Shown: positions 17,824-28,199, counted from the stretch's first letter. The stretch: 64,000 bases of DNA from Acidimicrobiia bacterium (GCA_024421085.1 JAHQYN010000004.1:8232-72231), one strand, 5' to 3'. Numbers and translations are program-made. The notes: a model not told the origin generated them from the letters alone.

Positions 17824-19074
17824 TCAGGCGGCGGCCCTCTCCAGGACATGGACAGCGCACGCCGACCCCAAACCGATGACATGCGTTAGACCGACCTTGG
17901 CATCGGCAATCTGCCGGTCGCCGGCTTCGCCGCGAAGGTGGGTCGTGACCTCGAAGACGTTGGCAACGCCGGTGGCGCCGATCGGGTGGCCCTTGGAGAT
18001 CAACCCGCCCGACACGTTGACCGGGGTCGTGCCGTCACGGAACGGAGCACCGGAATCGATGAAGTCGCCTGCCGCGCCGGGCTCACACAGCCCGAGGTTG
18101 TCGTAATGGATCAACTCCGCGGTGGCGAAGCAGTCGTGAAGCTCCACCAAGTCGAGGTCCTCGGGACCGACGCCTGCGGCCTCATAGGCCTGTGCCGCGG
18201 CGTTGCGCGTCAGCGTGTTGACATCGGGCTGCACCTGGCCCGCCTCGGTGTAGGGGTCTGAGGTCAGCACCGAGGCCGATATCTTGACGGCTCGCTTGCG
18301 GGCCTGCGCCGGCATCGCCTTGAGCCGCTGGCCGGAGACGAGCACCGCCGCGGCCGCGCCGTCACCGGTGGGGCAGCACATCAACAGGGTGTTCGGATAG
18401 CTCATGGTCGGCGAGGCCATGATCTCTTCCATCGAGAACTCCTTGCGGTACTGTGCCAGCGGGTTGAGCGTGGAGTGGAGGTGGTTCTTGTATGCCACCC
18501 TGGCGAACTGCTCGAAGCCGACGCCGTCGTATTCGTTGGCGTACTCCATCCCCGCCTGGGCGAACACACCGGGCATACCTTCGGTGCCGATGTAACCGTC
18601 GACTCCGGTCACAGCTCCGTAGCGCCCGCTGGGCTCGAAGACCTTCTTCTCCTTCTTGGTGCCGGCGCCGCCGAGCAGACCCATCTTACCCATCTGCTCG
18701 ACCCCCACGGCGAGGCCCAGATCAGCCTCTCCGGCCTTGATCGAGAGGTAGACCGTGCGCACCGCGGTTGCACCGGTTGCACAGGCGTTGGCCACGTTGT
18801 ACACCGGGATGCCGGTCTGGCCGATCTGCTTCTGGAGACGCTGCCCGATCCCGGTACCGGCATTGAAGAGCGATCCTGCCGCTAGCACGTCCATGTCGTG
18901 GATGGTCACGTCGCCGTCCTCGAGTGCGGCGATCGAGGCCTCCGCTGCCAGATCCACCACGTCGGAGTCGGGATAACGGGCGAAGCGGGTCATGTGGGTG
19001 CCCAGAATCCACACACTGTCATCGCTGATCGTCGTTGCTGAGGACCTTGTTGTCGGGCTTTTCGTGGTGGCCAT
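17824..19074 (-). CDS. Thiolase-fold protein (SCP-x / lipid-transfer type)
   Basis: Motifs VYNVANACATGATA (active-site Cys), ELHDCFA and GGLISKGHPIGATG. Confidence 0.8.
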   Translation of the reverse strand: MATTKSPTTRSSATTISDDSVWILGTHMTRFARYPDSDVVDLAAEASIAALEDGDVTIHDMDVLAAGSLFNAGTGIGQRLQKQIGQTGIPVYNVANACATGATAVRTVYLSIKAGEADLGLAVGVEQMGKMGLLGGAGTKKEKKVFEPSGRYGAVTGVDGYIGTEGMPGVFAQAGMEYANEYDGVGFEQFARVAYKNHLHSTLNPLAQYRKEFSMEEIMASPTMSYPNTLLMCCPTGDGAAAAVLVSGQRLKAMPAQARKRAVKISASVLTSDPYTEAGQVQPDVNTLTRNAAAQAYEAAGVGPEDLDLVELHDCFATAELIHYDNLGLCEPGAAGDFIDSGAPFRDGTTPVNVSGGLISKGHPIGATGVANVFEVTTHLRGEAGDRQIADAKVGLTHVIGLGSACAVHVLERAAA

Positions 19075-19096
19075 CTGGGATGCTCCTTCGTGTTGT

Positions 19097-19175
19097 GGGC
19101 GGGCCTTGCCGCGGGCGGGTCTTGCTGCGGGCTGGTCTTGCTGCGGGCGGAGTGCGGGTGGGCTTGTGGTGGGCG
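19097..19175. repeat. Short tandem 16-bp units (gggcgggtcttgctgc, more than 3 copies) in the DUF35-thiolase spacer
   Basis: Seen directly at 19097, 19113 and 19129, followed by degenerate copies. Confidence 0.7.
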
Positions 19176-19199
19176 GGTTTCAGCCAGTGTCGGCGGGAT

Positions 19200-19628
19200 T
19201 CAGGCTGGTTGATAACCGAAGGCGACCGCTTCGGTGCCGTGGTCGTCGGTGCCGATGGGATAGGTGGTGAGCTTGAGGTTCATTCCCAACTGCACGACTT
19301 CGGGGTCGGGCTCGCAGTTGACCACGTTGGACCGGACCGTGGTGCCGTCGGCAGTTTCGACGATGGCTGAGACATAGGGCGCGGGGATGCCCGGCGCGGC
19401 GCGGTGGACGATCGTGAACGCCTTCAGCTTCGCGGCGTTGTCGACCCGAACACTCTTGAATTCGCGCAGGCCGCATTGCGCACAGGCGTTGCGGCGGTCG
19501 AAGAACCGGGCACCGCAGTTCGTGCATTGATTGGCTACGAGGTGAGGCCGCGGGCCCAACCGAAGGTAGCTCACGAGCGGAACTTGAGTTGGTGTGTCCG
19601 CTTGCATCGGGCCTCCGATCGGGCTCAT
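19200..19628 (-). CDS. DUF35 Zn-ribbon / OB-fold protein (thiolase partner)
   Basis: Rubredoxin-like CTNCGARFFDRRNACAQCG followed by an OB-fold-length C-terminus; encoded directly upstream of the thiolase gene. Confidence 0.8.
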   Translation of the reverse strand: MSPIGGPMQADTPTQVPLVSYLRLGPRPHLVANQCTNCGARFFDRRNACAQCGLREFKSVRVDNAAKLKAFTIVHRAAPGIPAPYVSAIVETADGTTVRSNVVNCEPDPEVVQLGMNLKLTTYPIGTDDHGTEAVAFGYQPA

Positions 19629-19736
19629 TGTCTGGGGAACATTGCCATGAACCCGCTGAGGGTATCTTTGCGCCGGTCACGACACCAAACCGCGGCGCGG
19701 ATTCGTGAAGGCTCAGCGAACTGCGCGGACTGCCGG

Positions 19737-20303
19737 TCACCACTTGTTGCGGTGGACGACCTCGCCGATCCGTCGACGGCGCCTCAGCTGACTCTGCGCG
19801 GGCCTGTCGTCGGCGCGCTGCCCGAGGGCGACCGCCCCCAGGGCCCTCCACCTCGGGGGCACCCCGAAAACCTCGCGCACCTTCGGCTCGTGGTCGAACA
19901 CACCGAAGAACAACGCTCCCAGCCCCATGTCCTCGGCAGCCAGCAGCAGTGTCTGCACCGCTGCGCCGCCGTCGATGAACCAGTAGGGAACGTCCCAAGC
20001 GTCGAGCGACTCCCCGAGATGCGTATGTGCCTTGTCGGCCTCACGGTAGCGCTCAAGGTAGATCTGGGGGTTGACCCACGGAATCACGATCACCGGGGCG
20101 TTCAGCAGCCCGGGCCAGGCGAAGCCGCCGCGGCGCTCTGGGGGCAGGGTGGTGTCCCAGTAGGCGGCCACGGCCGCCGCGTCGTGCAGTATCAGCCACT
20201 CCAACGCGGAGGCGTTGCCAGCGGACGGGGAACGCCGCGCCAGATCGATCAGTTCTTCAACAACCTCGGGAGCGATCGGTTCGCTCAAGAACGACCGCGT
20301 CAT
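19737..20303 (-). CDS. Nitroreductase-family protein
   Basis: The N-terminus MTRSFLSEPIAPEVVEELIDLARRSPSAGN is the typical nitroreductase signature. Confidence 0.75.
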   Translation of the reverse strand: MTRSFLSEPIAPEVVEELIDLARRSPSAGNASALEWLILHDAAAVAAYWDTTLPPERRGGFAWPGLLNAPVIVIPWVNPQIYLERYREADKAHTHLGESLDAWDVPYWFIDGGAAVQTLLLAAEDMGLGALFFGVFDHEPKVREVFGVPPRWRALGAVALGQRADDRPAQSQLRRRRRIGEVVHRNKW

Positions 20304-20341
20304 CCGTCGACGACGGACGATCCCGGCGAATCCGGAGTCGT

Positions 20342-21010
20342 TCAGAGCAGTTTCTCGAGGTCCTCGGCCATGGCCCAGCCGAAGACGATCAGCGTGTCGC
20401 CTGCCGCGACATCGAGAGCGGCGAGTTGTTCAGTGACCTCAGCGGGGATCTTCTCGGGCCTGATGCTGGCATGGTCGAGCACGACCGGCTGCTTGCCGTC
20501 TCCACGAACGATGAACGCGCGGTCTTCGTAGCGGTTCGCGGCGACACCGAAACGCTTCGCCAACCGACGGCCCCAAGCCCGCTCCTCACCGGAGGCCCTG
20601 TGGTTGGGACGGGGGACGATATCGTCGAGGGTCTTGTAGGCGTCGAGGGCACCCGCATCGTTGATCTGGGCCCCGACGAGCACGTCCTCGTCTGGGAAAG
20701 CCAACACTGAGCGGCGGAGCTGGTCGGTGATGATGGCACGGAGGACCGTATCGCGTCTGTTGTTGCGGCAGATGTGCGCTGCGCCGACCAGCACACTCGG
20801 CGTTCCGCCGATCCGCTCAAGCGTGCAATAGGAGAATCCCCGGATCTTGCCGCCCTCGCTGGCCACGGTGACCAGAACCCACTCTTCGCACTGCTTGGAC
20901 AGCATCCCCACCTCCAGGGCGTTGCGAGACCCCGCGCAGAGATCCGCCATCTCGGTGAGTTCGGCATCGCATACCGCGCTGCAATCCTTGGTCTCCACTT
21001 CGATGGCCAT
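20342..21010 (-). CDS. Hypothetical protein (222 aa); no family recognised
   Basis: Clean ORF in the coding strand context with a codon pattern like its neighbours. I can name no diagnostic motif. Confidence 0.5.
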   Translation of the reverse strand: MAIEVETKDCSAVCDAELTEMADLCAGSRNALEVGMLSKQCEEWVLVTVASEGGKIRGFSYCTLERIGGTPSVLVGAAHICRNNRRDTVLRAIITDQLRRSVLAFPDEDVLVGAQINDAGALDAYKTLDDIVPRPNHRASGEERAWGRRLAKRFGVAANRYEDRAFIVRGDGKQPVVLDHASIRPEKIPAEVTEQLAALDVAAGDTLIVFGWAMAEDLEKLL

Positions 21011-21155
21011 TTGGCACCCCTACTTCGTCGGCTGCTGGATCGTCTGCTGAGATGTCTGCCGAAACCTCCACCTGCAACCTGCCGGGACGGGTCGCTCGAG
21101 CACACAGACGAAGACAGTCTTAGACAAATTTGGAGTTTTCGCAACTGCGAAGGCC

Positions 21156-24100
21156 TCAAACAAGGATCGAGTCAGATCCCAGGAGCGCTCGGAGCTCGGC
21201 GACGACACCGTTCGAGCGGTCCACGGAGTACTCTTCAGACAACCGGAAGACCCGCTTGTCGCTGAGGTGGAGCTCAACGGGGCACTCGCCGCGATGGGCC
21301 TGCAGGACCGACTTCAGTTCGGCGATCCTCGACTTTTCGTGGTGCGCCACATCGAGGAGGAGCCGCACCGGGGGGTTCTTGGCGGGCTCTTCGACAACGT
21401 CGATCTCCATCGCCAGAATCTTCACCTCGTCGTCACCGCCTCCCCCGCCACCGCCGCCGCGGCGCTTCGAAGAGCGGCCGCTCTCCCGGCGTCCGCGGAC
21501 CAGGACAATGGCATCGTCGTGGAGCTTCTGGCCGTGGTCCTTCATGGCATTGGGGAAGACCACAACCTCGACCGAACCTTCCAGGTCCTCGAGATCGAAC
21601 AGGGCCATCAGCTCGCCCCGGTTGGTCCAGCGGCGGTTCAGGTTGGTGATCGACCCGCCGACGGTGACGACCGACCGGTCCGGCTCTTCGCTGAGCGCGG
21701 CGACCGTGCATGAGGCTCGGCGGCGGATCTGCTCCTCGTATCCGTAGAGCGGATGATCCGACACGTACAGGCCGAGCATCTCGCGTTCATGGGCCAGCTT
21801 GGTCTTCTTGTCGAATTCCACCTCGGGTATCTCCGGGCGTTCGTCGAAGGTCGGGCCCTCGTCGAGCTCACCGAACAGCGACATCACCCCCATGTCGTGC
21901 TCTTTGCGGCGTTCCACGGTCATCTCGGTGATCCGCTCATGCACCTGGAGCAGCCCCTTGCGCGGATGCCCGAGCGAATCGAACGCCCCGCCCTTGATCA
22001 GCGACTCGGTGGTGCGCTTGTTGAGCGACTCGATGTTGATCCGCTCCACGAAGTCCATGAACGACTTGAACGGTCCGTTGGCGTCGCGCTCCTCGAGCAC
22101 TTTGGCGACGAACCCCACCCCCACATTGCGGATGGCGGAGAGCCCAAAGACGATCCGGCCCGGAGACGACGCATCGGTGCTCAGGTCGGGCTCCGGGGTG
22201 AAGTCGGACTCCGAGCGATTGATGTCGGGGACCCCGATGTCGATGCCCATGAGCCGGCACTCGTTGAGGTACACCGCGGCTGAGTCGAGCCTCGCCTTGA
22301 CGCTGGTGAGCAGCGCCGAAAGGTACTCGACCGGGTAGTTGGCCTTCAGGTAGGCGATCTGGTAGGCCACATAGCCGTAACCGTAGGAATGGCTCTTGTT
22401 GAAGGCGTAGTCGGCGAACCGGTCGATGATGTCGAAAAGGTCGGTGGCCAGAGAACGGTCGTAGCCGTTGGCGACGACCCCGGCGACGAACTTCTCGCGC
22501 TCCTCGGCCATGGCCTCGCGGATCTTCTTGCCCATGGCCTTGCGCAGCGAATCAGCCTCAGCGAGCGTGTAGCCCGCGAACTTCTGGGCCACCCGCATGA
22601 CGTTCTCCTGGTAGATCATCAACCCGTAGGTCTCGCTGAGCAGCTCCTCAGCGTCGGGGTGAATGAACTCCACCGGGCGGCGGCCGTTCTTGCGGTCGGC
22701 GTAGTCGTTGTGCATGTTGGCGGCCATCGGCCCGGGCCGGTACAGCGCCACCAGCGCCGCCACGTCGTCGAAGGAGGTTGGGGCGAGGGAGCGGATCAGC
22801 GCCCGCATCGGCGCCGACTCAAGCTGGAACACGCCGACAGTGTCGCCGCGCTGCAGCAGTTCGAAGGTGGCCGGGTCGGTGAGGTCGACCGAGTCGATGT
22901 CGATGGGCCCGCCGCGCGTCCGCTCGATGAGGCTCAGGCAGTCGGCGATCACATCGAGGTTGCGGAGGCCCAGGAAGTCCATCTTCAACAGGCCCAGGCT
23001 CTCGATTCCGTTCATCTCGTACTGGGTGACGATCGGCGCGTTCTCGATCGATGCCTTGCGGCCCTCCGGCTTGCGCTGGATCGGCAGGTACTCGGTCAAG
23101 GGCTCGTCGGTGATCACCACCGCAGCAGCGTGGATGCTGTCCTGGCGGCGCAGGCCCTCAAGCCCCTTGGCCACCTCGATGACCCGGGCTGCGTCGGGAT
23201 CCTCCTCGACCATTCCCCGCAGCTCGACAGCAGCACGGTAGCCCTCGAGGTACTTGGGATGCTCTTCGAGGCAGTACTTAAGCGGTGTGTCGCGACCCAT
23301 CAACAGCGGTGGCATGGACTTCGCGAGCTTGTCGCCGAGGCCGTAGGGGTACCCGAGGACCCGGGCGGCGTCGCGCACCGCGGCGCGTGCCTTGATCTGC
23401 GAGAAGGTGACGATCTGGGCGACGTTGTCGCGTCCGTACTTCTCGGACGCGTAGCGGATCACCGCGTCCCGGTGACGAGTCTCGAAGTCCATGTCGATGT
23501 CGGGCATCGACAGGCGCGAGGGGTTGAGGAACCGCTCGAAGAGCAGGTCGTACTTGATCGGGTCGAGATCGGTGATCCACAAGGTGTAGGCGACCGCGCA
23601 GCCCGCAGCCGAGCCCCTGCCCGGACCCACCCGCATGCCGCTCTCGCGGGCGAAGCGGATCAAGTCCCAGGTGATCAGGAAGTAGGCCGCGAACCCCATC
23701 CTGTCGATCACGCCCAGCTCGAAGTCAAGCCGCTCGACGGTCTCGGCGCGCAGGTCCTGGCCCCAGCGGCGTTTCGCCCCCTCGTAGGTCAGGTGGCGCA
23801 GGTAATCGGAGTCTGAGCTGAAACCCTCGGGGAGCGGGAACCTCGGGAGCCTCGGTCGACCGAACTCGATGCTGACGTCGGCCCGCTCGGCCACCCACAG
23901 CGTGTTGTCGCAAGCCTCCGGGAGTTCCTTGAAGAGCCGCCGCATCTCAGCGGCCGACTTGATGTAGTGCTGGTCGCCGTGGAACTTGAAGCGGTCGGTG
24001 TCGCTCAACAGCGAGCCGGTCTGGACGCACAGCAGTGCGTCATGCGCCTCGGCGTCGTGGCGGTGGGTGTAGTGGCTGTCGTTGGTCGCCAAGACCGGCG

Positions 24101-24737
24101 CCTTGATCTTGCGGGCGATCTCCAACAGTTGCGGGTTGGTCCTGTGCTGTTCGGGGATCCCGTGGTCCTGTATCTCGATGAAGTAGTTGTCCCTCCCGAA
24201 GATGTCCTGGAACCGTGCCGCCTGCTCCAGCGCTATTTTCTCCTGCCCTTGCAGCAGCGACTGGAGAACGTGCCCTCCGAGGCAGCCGCAGGTGGCGATC
24301 AGTCCCTCGTGGTACTTCTCTAGCAGTTCGAAGTCGGCGCGGGGCTTGTAGTGGTAGCCCGAGAGGAACGCCTCGCTGGATATCTGGATCAGGTTCTTGT
24401 AGCCGACGTTGTTCTCGGCGAGCAGTATCGCGTGGTAGTAGAGCTTCTGGCCCGAACCGGTGCTGCCGCCGGAGTCGTCGGCGCTCCCGGTGCGGTTCGG
24501 TCGCTCGTGGCGCGACTCGTGGGCCAAGTAGACCTCGCTGCCGATGATCGGCTTGATCCCCGCGTCGCGGCAGCCCCTGTAGAACTCGAGGACGCCGTAC
24601 ATGTTGCCGTGGTCGGTGATCGCCAAGGCGGGTTGCCCGTCAACCACCGCAGCGTTGATGGCGTCGTCGACGCGCGAGGCACCGTCGAGCATCGAATACT
24701 CGGTGTGGACGTGAAGATGGGTGAACGAATCGCCCAA
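21156..24737 (-). CDS. dnaE: DNA polymerase III alpha subunit
   Basis: PHP domain FTHLHVHTEYSMLDG and a polymerase core. The TTG at 24737 is preceded by AAGGAG with a 5-nt spacer; the ORF-track start at 24800 is probably too long. A Gly8 insertion lies near the C-terminus. Confidence 0.95.
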   Translation of the reverse strand: MGDSFTHLHVHTEYSMLDGASRVDDAINAAVVDGQPALAITDHGNMYGVLEFYRGCRDAGIKPIIGSEVYLAHESRHERPNRTGSADDSGGSTGSGQKLYYHAILLAENNVGYKNLIQISSEAFLSGYHYKPRADFELLEKYHEGLIATCGCLGGHVLQSLLQGQEKIALEQAARFQDIFGRDNYFIEIQDHGIPEQHRTNPQLLEIARKIKAPVLATNDSHYTHRHDAEAHDALLCVQTGSLLSDTDRFKFHGDQHYIKSAAEMRRLFKELPEACDNTLWVAERADVSIEFGRPRLPRFPLPEGFSSDSDYLRHLTYEGAKRRWGQDLRAETVERLDFELGVIDRMGFAAYFLITWDLIRFARESGMRVGPGRGSAAGCAVAYTLWITDLDPIKYDLLFERFLNPSRLSMPDIDMDFETRHRDAVIRYASEKYGRDNVAQIVTFSQIKARAAVRDAARVLGYPYGLGDKLAKSMPPLLMGRDTPLKYCLEEHPKYLEGYRAAVELRGMVEEDPDAARVIEVAKGLEGLRRQDSIHAAAVVITDEPLTEYLPIQRKPEGRKASIENAPIVTQYEMNGIESLGLLKMDFLGLRNLDVIADCLSLIERTRGGPIDIDSVDLTDPATFELLQRGDTVGVFQLESAPMRALIRSLAPTSFDDVAALVALYRPGPMAANMHNDYADRKNGRRPVEFIHPDAEELLSETYGLMIYQENVMRVAQKFAGYTLAEADSLRKAMGKKIREAMAEEREKFVAGVVANGYDRSLATDLFDIIDRFADYAFNKSHSYGYGYVAYQIAYLKANYPVEYLSALLTSVKARLDSAAVYLNECRLMGIDIGVPDINRSESDFTPEPDLSTDASSPGRIVFGLSAIRNVGVGFVAKVLEERDANGPFKSFMDFVERINIESLNKRTTESLIKGGAFDSLGHPRKGLLQVHERITEMTVERRKEHDMGVMSLFGELDEGPTFDERPEIPEVEFDKKTKLAHEREMLGLYVSDHPLYGYEEQIRRRASCTVAALSEEPDRSVVTVGGSITNLNRRWTNRGELMALFDLEDLEGSVEVVVFPNAMKDHGQKLHDDAIVLVRGRRESGRSSKRRGGGGGGGGDDEVKILAMEIDVVEEPAKNPPVRLLLDVAHHEKSRIAELKSVLQAHRGECPVELHLSDKRVFRLSEEYSVDRSNGVVAELRALLGSDSILV

Positions 24738-24898
24738 CCGGACTCCTTTCGCGTTTGTTGCCTGCTCGCGCTCCTGCGTTGTCTCGCTGCCGAACCGCAA
24801 TCACATGGCTGTGATTCGACCCTACCCGCCGCCCGCGGATGCGTCCACCCCGCTCACGCGGAGAGGCTCGGGGCCGATACCGGCACCGGCGAGACAGC

Positions 24899-25423
24899 CT
24901 ACAGGTAGGTGCCGGGACGCTCGTCGCTGTGATCGCTCTGGGGCGGCCCGATCCGGGTGCGCATCGACTGGAGTTGCTGCTGCGCCGCCATCTGCTGGGC
25001 GAACAGCATCGCCTGGATCCCCTGGACGAGCCCCTCGAGCCAGCCGACGAGCTGTGCCTTGGCTATCTGCAGCTCGGCGCCCGATGGGGTCTCTGCGGAG
25101 CCGAAAGGCAAGGCGAGCCGTCCCAGTTCCTTACGGAGGTCCTCAGAGAGGGCCCCGCCGAGTTCGGCAATGGAGGTCTCGTAGATGTCACGCAGACGGT
25201 CGCGGCTGGGTTCGTCGAGGTCGGTTGACCGCACCTCGTCGAGCAGCTGTTTCATCATGGTCCCGATGCGCATCACCTTGGCGGGGTGGTCGATCGACTC
25301 GCTCGGTTCTTCGGCGGATTCGGTGGGTTCGAGCACTTCGGGCGGCTCGAGCAGCTGTGGCTCTGTGCCGGGATTGTCGGGGTTGTTGGGTCGTTCAGGC
25401 AAGGAGTTCTCCCATATCGACAA
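24899..25423 (-). CDS. bpa: Bacterial proteasome activator (Bpa/PafE family)
   Basis: AKVMRIGTMMKQLLDEVR...AQLVGWLEGLVQGIQAMLFAQQMAA with a C-terminal GTYL. This closely matches my recollection of M. tuberculosis Rv3780, which ends GQYL. Confidence 0.85.
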   Translation of the reverse strand: MSIWENSLPERPNNPDNPGTEPQLLEPPEVLEPTESAEEPSESIDHPAKVMRIGTMMKQLLDEVRSTDLDEPSRDRLRDIYETSIAELGGALSEDLRKELGRLALPFGSAETPSGAELQIAKAQLVGWLEGLVQGIQAMLFAQQMAAQQQLQSMRTRIGPPQSDHSDERPGTYL

Positions 25424-25430
25424 ATCAAGG

Positions 25431-26534
25431 TCAGCTGGTGAAGGTTAGGACGGGGATGAGCATCTCGTCGGGTGTGAGCGATCCATGACGGCCGATCAAC
25501 TCGATCCTCGGGTTGTCGACCGGATCGGTGAAATACCAACGATCCTTGGCCACAACGGCCACATCGCCGAGCCTGGACCGAGCCGCGTCGGTCACTTCAG
25601 GGCCGAACCAGCCCTCATCTATCATCTCCTCGGCGGTGTGTACCCAGGCCCGGTCAGAATGCGCGGCGGCTGCCGCGGCGAAGAGGTCGGCCTGCCGGCC
25701 GGGCTCGGCGTGCAACCAGCGAAAGCGGGCCTCGCCGCTCCGGGAGCGCACCTGGGCGCTCACCTCGGGGGCGAACGCGGTGGCGGCACCCTGGCAGTCG
25801 ACCAGTCCGTGATCTGCGGTCACGACAATGGCCGTGCCGCGTGGCAGCGCCGTCATCAGGTCGGCCACCAGTTTGTCGCAGGCGGCCAGTTCAGCGTCGT
25901 AGAACTCACCGAATCCACGAAGGTGAGCCGTCTTGTCGATGCCGTCGTAGTAGGCGTAGACGAAGGGTTCCCCGGAGGCGACCGCCTGACGCACCTGGAC
26001 CGCTATCGCGGGCATCGTCTGCCAGCCGCGGTGCCTCACGTCCGCGAGGTGTGCCATCGTGAACCCGCTGTGAAGGAACTCGGCATTCTGCACAACGACT
26101 GGTCGCTGACCAAAGAAGGCCGCTTCGGGCTGGAACTCGCCGGGCACAATGCGTTTGCGAGCATCGCCGCTCGGTGTGCTCCAACGCAGGGTGTTGAGCA
26201 CCTCTCCGTCGACGTTGATCCGATAGCCGACCACGCCGTGGCGACCGGGGGGAGTTCCAGTCACCAGCGAGGTGAGCGCCGTGGCCGTTGTCGACGGGGC
26301 CACCGTGGTGGCGCTGCGCTGCTTCATCGACATCAGGGTCGGCGCCAGATGGGGCCGTTGCTGCAACTGGTTCCAACCGAGGCCGTCGAGGACCAGCATC
26401 ACCGTTGCGTAACTGTCGAGCACCGCTTCATCGAGCAGCGACTGCGGAGGTGCCGTCACCCCGAGGAGTGCAGGCACGAGGTCTGTTATGCAGTTGCCGC
26501 CGAAGGCGGGCAGCATCGGTTCAGGGTCGTCCAT
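25431..26534 (-). CDS. Alkaline-phosphatase-superfamily (nucleotide pyrophosphatase/phosphodiesterase-like) protein
   Basis: Motifs VLDGLGWNQL, APSTTATALTSLVTGTPPGRHGVVGY and VVTADHG. The ATG at 26534 (MDDPEP) has GAAGGA upstream. The ORF-track start at 26627 would collide with the Rrf2 start. Confidence 0.7.
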   Translation of the reverse strand: MDDPEPMLPAFGGNCITDLVPALLGVTAPPQSLLDEAVLDSYATVMLVLDGLGWNQLQQRPHLAPTLMSMKQRSATTVAPSTTATALTSLVTGTPPGRHGVVGYRINVDGEVLNTLRWSTPSGDARKRIVPGEFQPEAAFFGQRPVVVQNAEFLHSGFTMAHLADVRHRGWQTMPAIAVQVRQAVASGEPFVYAYYDGIDKTAHLRGFGEFYDAELAACDKLVADLMTALPRGTAIVVTADHGLVDCQGAATAFAPEVSAQVRSRSGEARFRWLHAEPGRQADLFAAAAAAHSDRAWVHTAEEMIDEGWFGPEVTDAARSRLGDVAVVAKDRWYFTDPVDNPRIELIGRHGSLTPDEMLIPVLTFTS

Positions 26535-26625
26535 TCGCTCAAGTCCTTCGGAAGTTCGGCTCGCGTCGCTCCGCAGTGACTCTACAACTCTCCTGAGCCG
26601 ACGACAGTCGCGTAGGCTCTGGACC

Positions 26626-27072
26626 ATGCGAGTCTCGACCAGAGGTGACTACGCCGCCCGCGCGCTGCTCTCGTTGGCACTGCACACCGAGGACGCGCCC
26701 ACGTCTGTGCGCGAGATCGCCGAACGCACCGCTCTCCCCCAGCCCTATCTCGAGCAGATCCTGCTGGCGGTGAAGGGGGCGGGGATTGTGCGCTCGAAGC
26801 GGGGAGTCGGCGGCGGCTACGTCCTGACTCGGGACCCGAGCGAGATTCGACTGTCGGAGATAGTTCGAGCCGTCGACGGACCGATCACCGCGGGCGACTT
26901 CTCAGAACCTCACAGCGACGGGGCCTGCGACCATGAGGGGCAGTGTGTCCTGCTCAGCATCTGGAGTGCTGCCGGAAGCCACATGCGCGACTTCCTCGAT
27001 TCGTTCACCCTCGCCGACATTGCGCGAATGTCTCGGGGTCGAGCCCCGTGGCCCGCCACCGAGGAACTCTAG
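26626..27072 (+). CDS. Rrf2-family transcriptional regulator
   Basis: MRVSTRGDYAARALLSLAL..SVREIAERTALPQPYLEQILLAVKGAGIVRSKRGVGGGYVL. Confidence 0.85.
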   Translation: MRVSTRGDYAARALLSLALHTEDAPTSVREIAERTALPQPYLEQILLAVKGAGIVRSKRGVGGGYVLTRDPSEIRLSEIVRAVDGPITAGDFSEPHSDGACDHEGQCVLLSIWSAAGSHMRDFLDSFTLADIARMSRGRAPWPATEEL

Positions 27073-27212
27073 GAACCGCTGCTGGCTCTTCGCAGGTCAT
27101 CGCGGGTGCTCGCGGCGTGACCTTGCTGGCATTTCCTTTCCGTGGGACCTTGCCAGCGCTGTGGTCGGGGCCGACCGATCCTTCGATGCCTGCACCGGAG
27201 CCGGAGCCGCGT

Positions 27213-28199
27213 TCAGGCGGCGCAGCGAGCCAGGGTGGCCGACAGCTCTTGGGGAAGGGCGGACTCCAGTTCGAGGCGCTCGCCGGTAACCGGGTGACGC
27301 AGGCTGAGCGCACAGGCGTGAAGGAACGGTCGAGTCATTTCGATTCCCGGTCTGGCACCGTCGTAGGCCCGGTCGCCGACGACGGGATGGCCGATGGCCC
27401 GCAGATGCACCCGGATCTGGTGGGTCCGCCCCGTCTCGAGGCGGCACGACAGCAGCGTCGTGTCGCGCGGCTGGCTGAAACGGTCGAGGACCTCGTAGCG
27501 AGTGGACGCCCGGCGCCCCCGGTCAGTCACCGACATCCGCGTCGGATGCCTCAGTGATCGCCCGACCGGCGCATCGATCGTCCCTTGGTCGGCCTCGAGG
27601 TGACCCCAGACGAGCGCCTGGTAGACCCGTTCGGGCTCGCGGGCCGACAGTTGTTGGACGAGCCCCCGGTATGCCTTTGCGCTGCGGGCTGCGACGAGCA
27701 GGCCCGACGTCGTCCGATCGAGCCGATGCACGATACCCGGCCTGTGCGCTTCACCGACAGAGGCCATCTCCGGGTAGCGGGACACCAGGCCGTTGACCAG
27801 AGTCCGGTCGGGGTGGCCCGCGCCGGGGTGGACGACGAGGCCGACCGGCTTGTCCACAACAACAATGTCGGGGTCTTCGTATACCACCGCGAACTCCACC
27901 TCCCCGTCGGGGATGGGCCGCGGATCCCGCGGCGCCGGGCGCACAGCCCTGATCGTGCTGCCGATGACGACACGAAGCGAGCCCGACGCCGCGACCACCC
28001 CATCAACGGCGACCGCCCCCTCATCGATCATCCGTGCGGCTGTGGATCGGCTCACCTCGGCCATCAACGCGACTACCCGGTCGAGGCGTTCATCGGCCAG
28101 CGCCGCCGGTATCTCCTCTGAGACGACGCGTTGATCCGGCAAGGCGGTCCACCCGCTCCGTTCAGCGCAGCCCGAGGCTGCCGGCCTTGTATTCGACAC
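27213..28199 (-). CDS. rluD: RluA-family 23S rRNA pseudouridine synthase
   Basis: S4-like N-terminus (RLDRVVALMAEVSRSTAARMIDEGAV) and catalytic HRLDRTTSGLL. The start is uncertain; the gene overlaps the upstream gene by 38 nt. Confidence 0.85.
   Translation of the reverse strand: MSNTRPAASGCAERSGWTALPDQRVVSEEIPAALADERLDRVVALMAEVSRSTAARMIDEGAVAVDGVVAASGSLRVVIGSTIRAVRPAPRDPRPIPDGEVEFAVVYEDPDIVVVDKPVGLVVHPGAGHPDRTLVNGLVSRYPEMASVGEAHRPGIVHRLDRTTSGLLVAARSAKAYRGLVQQLSAREPERVYQALVWGHLEADQGTIDAPVGRSLRHPTRMSVTDRGRRASTRYEVLDRFSQPRDTTLLSCRLETGRTHQIRVHLRAIGHPVVGDRAYDGARPGIEMTRPFLHACALSLRHPVTGERLELESALPQELSATLARCAA

Noticed and set aside
27160-27180. Hairpin ggtcgg-gg-ccgacc between the convergent Rrf2 and rluD genes
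   Set aside because: A 2-nt loop is sterically implausible and there is no T-run.
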